64,000 bases of DNA from an uncultured archaeon (GTDB lineage Archaea > Asgardarchaeota > Heimdallarchaeia > Heimdallarchaeales > Heimdallarchaeaceae), in contig CAZJUB010000004.1 in the NCBI GenBank assembly GCA_964549075.1, forward strand, positions 18,232 through 82,231, given 5' to 3'. This document shows positions 49,432 to 60,560 of the stretch, piece by piece; within the stretch, counting starts at the first letter, position 1; each line of letters starts with the position of its first letter. Position numbers and translations under genes: made by a program. A model generated the notes under the pieces. That model saw only the letters and a program-made list of their open reading frames with translations, did not search any database and was not told the origin of the DNA.

Positions 49432-50243
49432 TCCGTTTTTTCTTCATTGATGTATTTTTTTTCTAGCTTGTTCATTAAAACTATAGTTTCTGAGGAAAAA
49501 GAAGGTATATCTTCCCTGTCTTTTAATACAGCTTTATTATACAATTTAAAAAATGAAAAAGGATTTCCGATGTCTCTCAGCATTTCTTCAACAAATGAAT
49601 TCTTAATAATCAAATTCGTCATATAATACCCTATAGGATTTCCATAGGGAGGGGTAAATTCTCTCAATTCTTCTCCTAGTCTTTCACTTTGGGACATATT
49701 TTGAGTAAATTTACGTAAAATTGAATCTAACTTCACGAATGTTTTTGATATATTATCTAATGTTGCTTTAAATTGGGTTTTATATCCCTCATTTAGGAAT
49801 TTATGACTTGTTTCTTCTATAAAATATTCAATGTCGATATGGTCACCTATTCCTTCTATTTGGATAGTCTCCAATGTTCTGACAATACCTTTATCTTCTT
49901 CATTTATTGCATCAACGTCATACTTGCTTAAGTTGTGGCATAGAAGACCATGTACCTCATGTGAAACTTTTGAAACAAACGCTTCAGTTTCTGTTGTATA
50001 GATAGGATCTACTGTAATTGTGTTTTCAGACTGTTCTTCTATATCAGGATCAACAATTGAAACAGTTATTTCTTCTGTAAATTCTTTAAAAGGTAATAGT
50101 GAAGAAACTCTTGTAATAATAGCGTCTTCAATTCTACTCCAATCTTTTCTGAGAGCTGTTACATCTTCTTCATATTTCCTTATTTCAAATCTATTTTCCT
50201 TCTTTAAGTTATCAAAATCTGTGAGATTAAGTATTATTTTCAT
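49428..50243 (-). CDS. DUF5700-like putative Zn protease-fold protein
   Basis: SHEVHG, QIEGIGD, IGYYM, PFSFFKLYN; the zinc motif looks incomplete. Confidence 0.55.
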   Translation of the reverse strand: MKIILNLTDFDNLKKENRFEIRKYEEDVTALRKDWSRIEDAIITRVSSLLPFKEFTEEITVSIVDPDIEEQSENTITVDPIYTTETEAFVSKVSHEVHGLLCHNLSKYDVDAINEEDKGIVRTLETIQIEGIGDHIDIEYFIEETSHKFLNEGYKTQFKATLDNISKTFVKLDSILRKFTQNMSQSERLGEELREFTPPYGNPIGYYMTNLIIKNSFVEEMLRDIGNPFSFFKLYNKAVLKDREDIPSFSSETIVLMNKLEKKYINEEKTD

Positions 50244-50270
50244 GATATAATATTCACCTTTTATTTACCC

Positions 50271-52340
50271 TTATAATCCTAGTTGGCTTTTCAACAAATC
50301 AGTATCTGTAGTAGGTCTCTGACAAGAAAATTGTTCGCAAACATAAGCTGTTGTCTTGTTCTTTTGAGTTTTAAATTCTTTCAGATGATTCAGAACATTT
50401 TCTATCTTTTCAGTTTCTTCTGTATTTTTATAGATAACCACTTTATTGGGGATGAATTCTGTATTCAAAACATTTAGTATTTCTTTATGATTATCATCAG
50501 TCAATTTTCCGACTAGAACCACTTCATATGCTGGACCTATTGCATAATCCAAGCTTGAAATAAGGAAAGCAAATGCAGAAGGAGCTTTAGAGACTTGTTT
50601 TGCAAAGACAGCCATCAAGGCAGCTGCTTTTTCTTCCAAGTCAGGTAGAGAGAATATACGACTTAATTTCAAAAGATTCAACATCATTACAGAATTTCCA
50701 GAAGGTATAGCTCCATCATAGGTCAATTTTTCTCTAACTAGAAGTTTTTCACCATCATCAGGAGTAAAATAAAATCCTCCATTTTGTTCATCCCAAAAAT
50801 GTTTAATAACAGTTCTGTTCAAGTTAAGAGCTTTTTCAAGATAATCTACAGTAAAACTAGTTTCATATAATTCAAGTAGTCCCCAAATTAAGAGAGCATA
50901 ATCATCAAGATTTGCAGGAATTGCAGCTTCTTCTCTGAATCTGTGAATCAATCTTCCTTGGGAATTCATGAGCTTAGAAAAAATAAACTCAACTGCTTTT
51001 TTAGCTGCTTCTTCATATTGAGGTAAATCAAATACTCGTGCTGCTTTAGCTAAAGCTGTAATCATCAAGCCATTCCAATCTGTTAAAATTTTATCATCTT
51101 TTAGAGGATGAATTCTCTTTTCTCTTGTTTCAAATAATTTTCTCCTAATATCCTCCAATTTGCTTTTCTCATCGGAAGATGGAAATCCTTTGAGATGGAG
51201 AATATTATTTCCTGTTTTTTCTTTTGTAGCTTCTTCTAGATAATTACCTTCTTCTTCTAAATAGAAGTATTTTGTAAAGAGTTTGAATTCATCTTCTGAT
51301 AAAAGATCCTTGATTTCTTGTTTTTTCCAAACATAGAATTTACCTTCTACTCCTTCGCTATCTGCATCTTCAGCAGAATAAAAAGCACCAGTTAGAGAGG
51401 TCATATCTCTAAGTACATACTTTAAAATTGCTTGAGCAGTTTGTTTATATGTTGATTTTTTTGTTGCTTGATAGGCTTCTATGTAAGCAATAGTTAACAT
51501 TGCCTGATCATATAACATCTTTTCAAAATGTGGAACTAACCATTCCCTATCAGTAGAATAACGATGGAAACCAAATCCTATGTGGTCAAAAACACCTCCT
51601 AGATACATTTTTTGTAAAGTCGTTTCAATCATTGAAAGAGCTAATTTGTCACCAAACCTTTTCCAATACCTTAGCAAAAAAATCAGATTATGTGGACTTG
51701 GAAATTTTGGAGCAGTTGCAAAACCGCCTAGCTTCTCATCAAATCTATTCTCTAACTCATCAAATGCTCGAATAATCAGTTCATCTCCATTGTATTCAGT
51801 TTGATAAGGACTAGCTGCTTTTTGTAGAACATCTATTATTTTTTCAGCTGTTTCAATAATTTCAGTCCTTTTTTCTTTCCATACAGAAGAAATCTGATCT
51901 AAGATCTCTAGCAAACCAGTCATACCAAAACGACTTGTTTTTGGGAAATATGTTCCTGCAAAGAAAGGTTGTTTTTCTGATGTCATAAAAATTGTTAATG
52001 GCCAACCTCCTCTACCACTAGTAATTTGTGCTACATTCATGTAAATACTGTCGATGTCAGGTCTTTCTTCACGATCGACTTTTATTGCTATAAAATTATC
52101 ATTTAATTTCTTCGCTACTTCCTCGTCCTCAAAAGATTCTTTTTCCATAACATGACACCAATGACATGTTGAATATCCTATAGACAAAAAAATAGGTTTA
52201 TTTTCATTTTTTGCTTTTTGAAAAGCTTCTTCCCCCCAAGGAAACCAATTCACGGGATTATAAGCATGTTGGAGGAGATAAGGACTTTTCTCCTTAACTA
52301 AATTATTAGCTTTTTTTGAAGATTGATTTGATTCGCTCAT
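50271..52340 (-). CDS. yyaL: Thioredoxin-domain protein, YyaL/SPATA20 (DUF255) family
   Basis: [47 protein letters not shown]. Confidence 0.93.
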   Translation of the reverse strand: MSESNQSSKKANNLVKEKSPYLLQHAYNPVNWFPWGEEAFQKAKNENKPIFLSIGYSTCHWCHVMEKESFEDEEVAKKLNDNFIAIKVDREERPDIDSIYMNVAQITSGRGGWPLTIFMTSEKQPFFAGTYFPKTSRFGMTGLLEILDQISSVWKEKRTEIIETAEKIIDVLQKAASPYQTEYNGDELIIRAFDELENRFDEKLGGFATAPKFPSPHNLIFLLRYWKRFGDKLALSMIETTLQKMYLGGVFDHIGFGFHRYSTDREWLVPHFEKMLYDQAMLTIAYIEAYQATKKSTYKQTAQAILKYVLRDMTSLTGAFYSAEDADSEGVEGKFYVWKKQEIKDLLSEDEFKLFTKYFYLEEEGNYLEEATKEKTGNNILHLKGFPSSDEKSKLEDIRRKLFETREKRIHPLKDDKILTDWNGLMITALAKAARVFDLPQYEEAAKKAVEFIFSKLMNSQGRLIHRFREEAAIPANLDDYALLIWGLLELYETSFTVDYLEKALNLNRTVIKHFWDEQNGGFYFTPDDGEKLLVREKLTYDGAIPSGNSVMMLNLLKLSRIFSLPDLEEKAAALMAVFAKQVSKAPSAFAFLISSLDYAIGPAYEVVLVGKLTDDNHKEILNVLNTEFIPNKVVIYKNTEETEKIENVLNHLKEFKTQKNKTTAYVCEQFSCQRPTTDTDLLKSQLGL

Positions 52341-52609
52341 TGTTGAAAAAACAAAGATAACGATACTTTTTAAATTCTAGCTATTACTCACTTTACAATT
52401 TTAAACCAAGTTTTTATCTAACAATAAATATTAAAGGCTGTTTCCATAGTTTAAGTAAATGAATCTATTTTGTAGTTTCACTAGAAAGAGGTTCCAAGTT
52501 AATAGAAACTGTGTTCATTCCAATTTTGGCAGTTTTGATAATAGTAATATTAAAAACAAAATTCTGTTAAACTTTAGAAGACCAAATAATAAAAATCTTA
52601 TACTCATTA

Positions 52610-54205
52610 TTGTCTAAAGGTTCTATGAATTACCTTCCAACCCAGAGAACTTTAACTTATATATTTTTTACCTTACTTCTCATTTCTACCTGTGTTGTTC
52701 AAGGTATTTATCAAATTAATAACACAAAACACGAGTATTTTCTTGAATTAGTCAAGATAGATCAAACAGACTCAATTGGAAGTTTTGGAGGTTTTAATTT
52801 GTTTGTAATTGAACGCCATGATGCGGTTACTTGGAATATAATTAACAGGACTCTAGTCATATCTGACTTGAAAGGTAATCTCTATTTCTCTAAGGAGATA
52901 GAAACAGGAGGACCATTAGCTAATTATGCAGCAGAATTCATCAATTCCACAACCATCTTGTATGGAGATACAGAAGGAGCATGTCTATTTAATATTGAAA
53001 CTAACACTACTCAACATTTAAATTTCAATGGACATCACGATTATGAGAAAAATTATGCGAATAATACCTATTTTGCTTTATCTGGAGAAAATATTGAAAT
53101 AAACAATGATGTATATCTATTTGATAGAATTATTGAATTTTCTGAAAATGGAACAGAACTCTGGAATGTAAATAGTACAAGTTTTGTTAATTATACACAG
53201 TGGTGCCCTTATGAGGATATGGAAGGTTCTTATAGAGACGTGACCCATTCAAACACAGTTTTCTACGACGAAGATGAAGATTGTATTTATTTAAACTCCA
53301 GAAATCTTAATACATTTTATAAAATTGATCATAAAACTGGTGAACTTCTTTGGAGTCTTGGAGAATATAGTAATTTTACACTATTTGATCTGAATGGAAA
53401 TGAAAAAGATATTCTTTTTTACCATGCTCATGCTTTGGAGAAAATAGCTGACAACAAATTCATGCTTTTCGATAATGATGAACATAATCAAACAAATGTT
53501 TTGAATCATCATTCCAGATTGTTGGAAATAACAATTGATATAGATAAAAAATATGCTAACGTTTCATGGGAATGGATTAGTCCTGTGGAGTATTTCAGGG
53601 GGTGGTGGGGAGATAGTGACCTTTTACCTAATAATAATCGGATGGGAGTTTTCAAATCAGCTTGTTTAGTGGAAGTAAATGAGACTGGAGATATAGTCTG
53701 GGAATATGATTTCAAAGCAACTGGTTCTAACACTTACTCAATTTACAAGGCAGAAAGATTTTGTTCATCACCTATAGTATCAGAACCAATTTTTGTAGAT
53801 GAAGGAGAAGGTAGTTATTTAGAATGGAATATATGGTATAACTATAGATCGAAAACAGACTTTACAGGAAAATATCACATAATGGTTGATGATGAAGAAG
53901 TAGGAATAGGGTCAGTTGTTTTCCCTAAATATTGGCAATCTGTACAAGTAAGATATAATATAACTGAAGCTTATTTAGAAGCACACGAAATTTCTTTAAT
54001 CGTTGAGGATGAAGGGGGACATCTTTCTAATATAACAGATCGTTTTGCCCCAATCGGATCTCTATCATATGAGTCAATTAACAGATCTGGACTAATTTTA
54101 GGTCTCTCCTTAGGTTTAGGGATTCCCTTTTTAGCAGCTATTATTACAATCATTTGGATGAAGCTAATCAAAAAGAAACCTTTATTGAAAAAGAAAATTA
54201 AATGA
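52610..54205 (+). CDS. Arylsulfotransferase (ASST)-like secreted, membrane-anchored protein 1
   Basis: GHHDYE, THSNT, NSRN, YHAHAL, FDN, LPNNN; signal peptide and C-terminal TM. Confidence 0.8.
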   Translation: MSKGSMNYLPTQRTLTYIFFTLLLISTCVVQGIYQINNTKHEYFLELVKIDQTDSIGSFGGFNLFVIERHDAVTWNIINRTLVISDLKGNLYFSKEIETGGPLANYAAEFINSTTILYGDTEGACLFNIETNTTQHLNFNGHHDYEKNYANNTYFALSGENIEINNDVYLFDRIIEFSENGTELWNVNSTSFVNYTQWCPYEDMEGSYRDVTHSNTVFYDEDEDCIYLNSRNLNTFYKIDHKTGELLWSLGEYSNFTLFDLNGNEKDILFYHAHALEKIADNKFMLFDNDEHNQTNVLNHHSRLLEITIDIDKKYANVSWEWISPVEYFRGWWGDSDLLPNNNRMGVFKSACLVEVNETGDIVWEYDFKATGSNTYSIYKAERFCSSPIVSEPIFVDEGEGSYLEWNIWYNYRSKTDFTGKYHIMVDDEEVGIGSVVFPKYWQSVQVRYNITEAYLEAHEISLIVEDEGGHLSNITDRFAPIGSLSYESINRSGLILGLSLGLGIPFLAAIITIIWMKLIKKKPLLKKKIK

Positions 54206-54256
54206 ATTTCAATACTAGCCAAAAGAATAAAAAATAGTAGAAATGTCTGATAGATA

Positions 54257-55873
54257 ATGGATTTATTACTAAGTTTTAAGCTTATTAGAAAGCAAAGGAT
54301 TTTCTCAATTCTTGCTTGTCTTCTTATTCTAACTAGTATAAGTCCAAAAATAACTATGGAAGCTAAAAATAGTTCTTCTCACAATGCTGATATACATTCT
54401 ACAATATCTAATGAAGCATTTGAAGGATATAATTTATTTGTTTTAGAAAGATGCAGTTCTCAAGGTCTTATACCAAAAAACCGTACTTTATTGATAACAG
54501 ATTTGGAAGGTAAGATATATTTAAGTAAAGAATTTGGCAGTGAAGCAAATTTAGATTTTTTTGGTGACGAGTTTATTAATTCAACTACGCTTCTTTATGG
54601 AGATGAAACTGGAGCAAAATTATGGAATATCGAAACCAACTATACCCAAGAACTTTCTATGTATGGCCATCATGATTATGAGAGAAATTATGCTAATAAT
54701 TCTTATTTTGCAATTAGTAAATATGTTATAAATATAGAAGGAACGGATCATCTTTTTGATGTTATAAGAGAATATACAGAAGATGGATCTGTTATATGGC
54801 AGTTGGATACAAGAGATTTCGTTTCTCAAGAACAATGGTGCCCTTATCACGATATGGTAGAGACTGCTAGAGATGTTACGCATACAAATACTGTATTCTA
54901 TGATGAAGATGAGGATGTAATCTATATTTGTTGTAGAACTCTTAATACCATATACAAAATTGATCATAAAACAAAAAATATCATTTGGTCGTTAGGTGAG
55001 TATGGTGATTTTAGATTATTTGATAAGTATGATAAAGAGATAGATGTAATGTTTTATCATGCACATGCTCTAGAAAAAATTAGCCCAGACACTTTTGTAA
55101 TTTTTGATAATGATGAACACAATCAAACCGATAATATTCATAAACATTCTAGACTACTTGAATTCAAAATTGATACTGATAGGATGTTCGCTAATGTTAC
55201 ATGGGATTGGATAGGTTCAGAAGATTACTTTACAGGTTGGTATGGAGATTGTGATTTATTACCCAATAATAATAGATTAGGAGTTTTTGGCACTCCTTGG
55301 CATCCTGGTACAAGTATAGGGGCTCGTTTAGTTGAAGTAAATCATGCTGGAGATATAGTATGGGAAATGGATTTTGATAAAGAAGGATTAGATTGTTTTG
55401 CTGTGTATAAAATTGAACGATTTCATTTTGCACCAATCGTCTCTGAACCTATGATAACAGATTTAGGAACTGATGGGAGCTTAGTAGAGTGGGATGTTTG
55501 GTATAATTTTAGATCTACAACCACATTCCAAGGCAGATATTATATTTCTGTGAATGATGAATTAGTAGAGACAGGTAATATTGATTTTCCAAAATATTGG
55601 CAACCTAAACATATCAGTTACTATCTCAATGAGACTGATTCAGACTTAGAAGAAATTAGTTTGGTGGTTGAAGACGAAGGTGGACATCTTTCTAATGAAT
55701 CAGATAGATACAGCTCAACTGGGAAATTAGTATTTAATTTCGATTCAAAACTTGGTCTCATATTAGGACTAACTATTGGATTAGGAGCACCTGTTATCAT
55801 AGGAATCATCGTGATTGCATGGTTAAAAACAGGTTTAAATAAGTTGATTTTACAGAAGAATAAGTCTACATAA
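54257..55873 (+). CDS. Arylsulfotransferase-like protein 2
   Basis: GHHDYE, THTNT, CCRT, YHAHAL, FDN; C-terminal TM. Confidence 0.8.
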   Translation: MDLLLSFKLIRKQRIFSILACLLILTSISPKITMEAKNSSSHNADIHSTISNEAFEGYNLFVLERCSSQGLIPKNRTLLITDLEGKIYLSKEFGSEANLDFFGDEFINSTTLLYGDETGAKLWNIETNYTQELSMYGHHDYERNYANNSYFAISKYVINIEGTDHLFDVIREYTEDGSVIWQLDTRDFVSQEQWCPYHDMVETARDVTHTNTVFYDEDEDVIYICCRTLNTIYKIDHKTKNIIWSLGEYGDFRLFDKYDKEIDVMFYHAHALEKISPDTFVIFDNDEHNQTDNIHKHSRLLEFKIDTDRMFANVTWDWIGSEDYFTGWYGDCDLLPNNNRLGVFGTPWHPGTSIGARLVEVNHAGDIVWEMDFDKEGLDCFAVYKIERFHFAPIVSEPMITDLGTDGSLVEWDVWYNFRSTTTFQGRYYISVNDELVETGNIDFPKYWQPKHISYYLNETDSDLEEISLVVEDEGGHLSNESDRYSSTGKLVFNFDSKLGLILGLTIGLGAPVIIGIIVIAWLKTGLNKLILQKNKST

Positions 55874-55905
55874 AAATTAAAAATATGCTTTCTTTTTAAG
55901 AAGTA

Positions 55906-57504
55906 ATGATAAGCATAACCATCAAATTTTCTCGTAAACTAAAGAAGATGATTATGCTCTTTCTCATAATCTTTAATTTATTTATTTTAGCAGTAAATAA
56001 TCCAGCAACAGCTATTACAAAGCATATTACACTCGAAGCTATTCTTGAGTATAATGATGTTAATCGGAGATTTGATGGATATAACCTATTTATAGTAGAG
56101 GAACGAAACTCATTTGATTGGTCAAACAGAAATAGAACGTTATTAGTTACAGATATGGATGGTAATATCTTTTTTGAAAGACAATTAGGTACTACAAGTG
56201 TTTTTGTTGATTATGTTGCAGAATTCATTGATTCTAGAACAATTATGTATGGTGAAGACAATGGTATACATCTATGGAATCTTGAAACAGATAAGACTAC
56301 TCATTTAGATATCGAGGGTCACCATGATTATGAGAAGAATAACATAAGAGACACATATTTCTCTGTATTTGGATTTCTAGAAGTAATAAATAATGTAAGT
56401 TATATTTTCGATTTTATTAAGGAGATAGATGTATCTGGAACTACAAGATGGAACATTAGAACAGATAATATCCTAACTACAGATCAATGGTGTCCTTATG
56501 AGGATATGTTAAATGAAGCTAGAGATATTTCTCATGTCAACACTCTTTTTTATGATGAAAGCGATGATTCGCTCTATATTAATATTAGAAATGTTAACAC
56601 TTTTTACAAGATAGATATTGAGACTAATACCATAGTTTGGGGATTAGGAAAATATGGTAACTTCACTTTATATGATATAAATGGGCAACAGAGAGATTCA
56701 TTATTTTATCATGCACACGCACTTGAAAAAATCAACAACAACACTTTCATATTATTTGATAACGATTTTCATAATGAAACAAAAGCAACCAATCACCAAT
56801 CCCGACTATTAGAAATAACAATCGATGAGGATAAGATGCAAGCAAATGTCACTTGGGATTGGAAAGCAACTGAGCAGTATTACAGCGAGATTTGGGGGGA
56901 TTGCAATGTACTACCTAATAATAACAGACTAGGTGTTTTTGGAACGCATGAACATCTTAATACAGATTTAGGAGCAAGGTTAGTAGAAGTAGATTATAAT
57001 GGCAATATCGTATGGGAGATGTCTTTTCCTCGACAAAATGAATCAACTATTGGAGTTTATGAAATTCAAAGATTACATTTTAAACCAATTGTATCAAAAC
57101 CAATTTTTGTTGATGAAGGAGAAGGTAATGGCTATTTGGAATGGGAAGTAAGATATAATTTTAATTTAAACACAGAATTTGAAGGCAAATATTATATTAA
57201 CATTGATGGTGTAGATGTCGTATCAGATCAGATAATTTTCCCTAGATATTGGCAGAGTAAGAAAATAGCTTATTCTACTGATCTTGCCAGTTTAGAAAAT
57301 CATAACATACAACTAGTTGTTGAAGATGAAGCAGGTCACATGTCAAACTCCACAAGCTATTTCTCTCCAATTAACAAGATTTCATTAAATGCAAATACAG
57401 ATAATCTATCACTTTCATTTGGTTTTTCTTTTGTAGGTATTACACTTATTGCTATTACTTCTTATACCTTTGTGCATATCTTAAAAATAAGTAAAAAGAG
57501 ATGA
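55906..57504 (+). CDS. Arylsulfotransferase-like protein 3
   Basis: GHHDYE, SHVNT, NIRN, YHAHAL, FDN; C-terminal TM. Confidence 0.8.
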   Translation: MISITIKFSRKLKKMIMLFLIIFNLFILAVNNPATAITKHITLEAILEYNDVNRRFDGYNLFIVEERNSFDWSNRNRTLLVTDMDGNIFFERQLGTTSVFVDYVAEFIDSRTIMYGEDNGIHLWNLETDKTTHLDIEGHHDYEKNNIRDTYFSVFGFLEVINNVSYIFDFIKEIDVSGTTRWNIRTDNILTTDQWCPYEDMLNEARDISHVNTLFYDESDDSLYINIRNVNTFYKIDIETNTIVWGLGKYGNFTLYDINGQQRDSLFYHAHALEKINNNTFILFDNDFHNETKATNHQSRLLEITIDEDKMQANVTWDWKATEQYYSEIWGDCNVLPNNNRLGVFGTHEHLNTDLGARLVEVDYNGNIVWEMSFPRQNESTIGVYEIQRLHFKPIVSKPIFVDEGEGNGYLEWEVRYNFNLNTEFEGKYYINIDGVDVVSDQIIFPRYWQSKKIAYSTDLASLENHNIQLVVEDEAGHMSNSTSYFSPINKISLNANTDNLSLSFGFSFVGITLIAITSYTFVHILKISKKR

Positions 57505-57513
57505 GAAATTTCT

Positions 57514-58362
57514 CTAATTATCTTCAACAGTAGGGATATTATCTTCTCTAACCTCAGGTTTAGGAGGACCTAAAGATGGTCTTGGTGCTGGACCTGTAGG
57601 AGCTTCTACAGTTGGAGGAGGAGGAGCTTTTCTAGCAATTGGTGCTATATATTGTATCTGGTTTTTGAATCTTTTCAGTCCTAGAAACAGGAACATATAT
57701 CCAACTAATGAAATCAATAAATAGCTTATATCAAGAAATACTAAACATACAGCTATTATGTTTATGACTGAGCTTACAATAATCAAAAAAGAGGTATCTT
57801 TTATTATTTCTATCCTAAGACCATATTTTTTCAAAATTTTATGAAATGAGATAAATGCTAAACTCAGGAAAATATTTGCTATAATTGTTGAAAGTATCCA
57901 ACCAAAGCTTGGTATAATATAACTTATGGAAACAAAAAATATATAGAGATATAAATATGTATAAACTTTTTTCGCATCAATCAGTACAGCATCTATTTTT
58001 GCTAAAGACCAGAAATTCTTGCTTATTTCATAGATTTTATACAAGAATAGAACCATAGTTGCGATAAATACTATAGAAAATATAACAGTGAAAGCAGCCA
58101 ATAAACCTGCAGCAATAGAAATCCATGTTAATTGCTGTCCTAGCAAAGAGACAAGTGTATAAATATCAGGTGCTAGGTAAATTATGTTGTTTATTTCAAT
58201 AGGATAAAATAATTGACTCAATAAAGTGAATATAACCATCAATACAGCTGAACTGAAAGCTAGTGCTGGAATAATTGAGATTAGATTATTAGAGCATCTT
58301 TCTAGATTTAATTTAATTTCATCTAAAGCTAGTTTAGTATCAGTTGTTTCCATTTCCTTCAA
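57514..58362 (-). CDS. Multi-pass membrane protein with proline-rich C-terminal tail
   Basis: About 6 hydrophobic helices; tail APPPPTVEAPTGPAPRPSLGPPKP. Confidence 0.75.
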   Translation of the reverse strand: MKEMETTDTKLALDEIKLNLERCSNNLISIIPALAFSSAVLMVIFTLLSQLFYPIEINNIIYLAPDIYTLVSLLGQQLTWISIAAGLLAAFTVIFSIVFIATMVLFLYKIYEISKNFWSLAKIDAVLIDAKKVYTYLYLYIFFVSISYIIPSFGWILSTIIANIFLSLAFISFHKILKKYGLRIEIIKDTSFLIIVSSVINIIAVCLVFLDISYLLISLVGYMFLFLGLKRFKNQIQYIAPIARKAPPPPTVEAPTGPAPRPSLGPPKPEVREDNIPTVEDN

Positions 58363-58406
58363 GAAAATTAGTATAGGGAATATAAAAAATTATGCCTAGT
58401 ATAAGA

Positions 58407-58970
58407 TTAGCTTCCTGATTCTTTATACTCATCTATAAAAGCAAATTCCTCGAAACTCTTTCTTGAAGAACGTTTTGTTTCAGATTCTCGATGTTTCTCG
58501 CCTAAATGTGAAAAATCATCAGAGTGTTTTCCCACTGCTATTACTGTAATTAAACGCATTTTTTCTGGTATCTTAAGAATCTTTTTTGCTAAAGCTTCAT
58601 TAAAACCAGCCATTGCATGAGCTACAAGACCATGATCAACAATAGCAAGCATCAAGTGTGCGGTTGCCATTCCAGTTCCAAACAAATAATATTCTCTTTC
58701 CCCCACATTACATCCAAATTCCTTGTTGCTGAAAACCGCAATGATCATCGAAGCTTTTTTAGCCCAATAATTACCACCTGAAAGTGCTTCATGTAACTTT
58801 GTTAATGAAGAATTACTTCTTACAAAAACGAATCTCCAAGGTTGTTTGTTTGCACAAGAAGCAGCTCGAGATGCTTTATAAGCAATATCTTGAATAAATT
58901 CATCGGTTATTTCAACTGATTCAAGAGCACGATAAGCTTTTCTTTTTTCTATTACCTCACTAAGTTCCAT
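58407..58970 (-). CDS. Nitroreductase-family protein
   Basis: KRKAYR, ASCANKQPWRF, GLVAHAMAGF. Confidence 0.9.
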   Translation of the reverse strand: MELSEVIEKRKAYRALESVEITDEFIQDIAYKASRAASCANKQPWRFVFVRSNSSLTKLHEALSGGNYWAKKASMIIAVFSNKEFGCNVGEREYYLFGTGMATAHLMLAIVDHGLVAHAMAGFNEALAKKILKIPEKMRLITVIAVGKHSDDFSHLGEKHRESETKRSSRKSFEEFAFIDEYKESGS

Positions 58971-58979
58971 CTCATCTCC

Positions 58980-59444
58980 TCAAATTTGCAATTCCAGTAA
59001 GGAGTTTTTAACATCTTGACTATGTCCAAAAACATTGACTTTACTCCATGTCTTAGCTATTTTACCTTCCGGATTTATTAGATAAGTTACTCTTTTAACT
59101 GGTAAAATAAGTTTACCTAAGAAAGAATTATTTCTTGCTTGATAAGCTTCAATAACATCTAAATTTTCATCACTTAATAATAGAATAGAAAGGTCTTTTT
59201 TTTGTATGAATTTTAAATGGCTTTCAGGTGAATCTGCACTTATCCCAATAATCACTGAATTAAGATCACCAAAAGCTTTGTAGTTATCTGTAAAGTCGCA
59301 TGCTTCGTGAGTACATCCTGGACTCTGGTCTTTTGGATAGAAATAAAGAACAACCCATTTTCCTTTAAATTTACTTAGACAAATTTCCTGTTTCGCCTCA
59401 TTTGGTAAACAAAATTCTGGAGCTGTTTCTCCTATTTTTAACAT
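58980..59444 (-). CDS. bcp: BCP-type peroxiredoxin
   Basis: YFYPKDQSPGCTHEAC. Confidence 0.92.
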   Translation of the reverse strand: MLKIGETAPEFCLPNEAKQEICLSKFKGKWVVLYFYPKDQSPGCTHEACDFTDNYKAFGDLNSVIIGISADSPESHLKFIQKKDLSILLLSDENLDVIEAYQARNNSFLGKLILPVKRVTYLINPEGKIAKTWSKVNVFGHSQDVKNSLLELQI

Positions 59445-59452
59445 TGTTTCAC

Positions 59453-59923
59453 CTAGTTAATGTTTAGTTCAATCAATAGATCTTTTACTTCTTCTACATG
59501 TCCTTGAACTTTGACTTTATCCCATATATTCTCAATTTTTCCTTCTGGATTAATCAAGAATGTGCTTCTTTGAGTGCCCATATATTCTTTTCCATACATT
59601 TTCTTTGATACCCATACACCATATTTTTCGATTACTCTATGTTCTGGATCGCTTAATAGAGTAATCTTGAGATCATGTTTATCAATAAATTTACCTATTT
59701 TTGCTTCTGGATCATTACTAATACCTAAGACAGTTGCATTATTGGTTGTAAATTCATCAACACTAGCTGTAAAGTCACAAGCTTCAGTTGTACATCCTGG
59801 GGTATCAGCTTTAGGGTAAAAGTAAACAACAACCCATTGCCCTTTGAAATCTTTTAAACTAACTTTCTCACCATTCCTATCACTAAGAGTGAAATCTGGT
59901 GCTTTATCTCCTTCTTTCAACAT
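59453..59923 (-). CDS. bcp: BCP-type peroxiredoxin
   Basis: YFYPKADTPGCTTEAC, RSTFLI; GTGAT RBS then ATG. Confidence 0.93.
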   Translation of the reverse strand: MLKEGDKAPDFTLSDRNGEKVSLKDFKGQWVVVYFYPKADTPGCTTEACDFTASVDEFTTNNATVLGISNDPEAKIGKFIDKHDLKITLLSDPEHRVIEKYGVWVSKKMYGKEYMGTQRSTFLINPEGKIENIWDKVKVQGHVEEVKDLLIELNIN

Positions 59924-59932
59924 ATTAATCAC

Positions 59933-60415
59933 TTATAGTTCTCTACCTTTTTCTCTTTCTTTTCGTATAAATTCTGTCACTTCATCAAAGTTTGGTATAG
60001 TAGATATTTCATACACTTTCATGAATAAAACTTCTTTGTCTTTAGCTACTAAAACATTAGCTCGTTTCGAAACACCTTTCTCAGGGAGGAATAAATCTAA
60101 TGTTTTAGATACTTCACCGTGAGGCCAAAAATCAGAAATCAACCTTGTCTCAGAAACACCAATTGACTTAGCCCAAGCTTTTTTGGAAGGAACAGTATCT
60201 ACACTGACACCTACAGCTATAACACCTAGACTACTAAATTCGTCCTTATAATCCTCTAAGGATTGCATTTGTCTTGTACAAACGCCTGTCCAAGCAAGAG
60301 GGTGGAAAGACAGTAACACCATCTTATCTTTAATGTCATAGAGATTGAATTCTTCATTATTATGATCTTTTAGAGTAAAATTGGGTATTTTATCTCCTAC
60401 CTTCATTTTTAACAC
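59933..60415 (-). CDS. AhpE-like peroxiredoxin
   Basis: FHPLAWTGVC, SDFWPHG. Confidence 0.88.
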   Translation of the reverse strand: MLKMKVGDKIPNFTLKDHNNEEFNLYDIKDKMVLLSFHPLAWTGVCTRQMQSLEDYKDEFSSLGVIAVGVSVDTVPSKKAWAKSIGVSETRLISDFWPHGEVSKTLDLFLPEKGVSKRANVLVAKDKEVLFMKVYEISTIPNFDEVTEFIRKEREKGREL

Positions 60416-60560
60416 TATAATAAGTTTGTTTTTGTAGAATTTAAAGTCTAGTTTCTAACAAAAAAGTCTGGATAACATCTCAGTATTAAAGATTTGAAAA
60501 CATAAGCTGAAACACAATAAACTTTAAATGTATTTGTTACTAAATTTTATCGTATTAACG

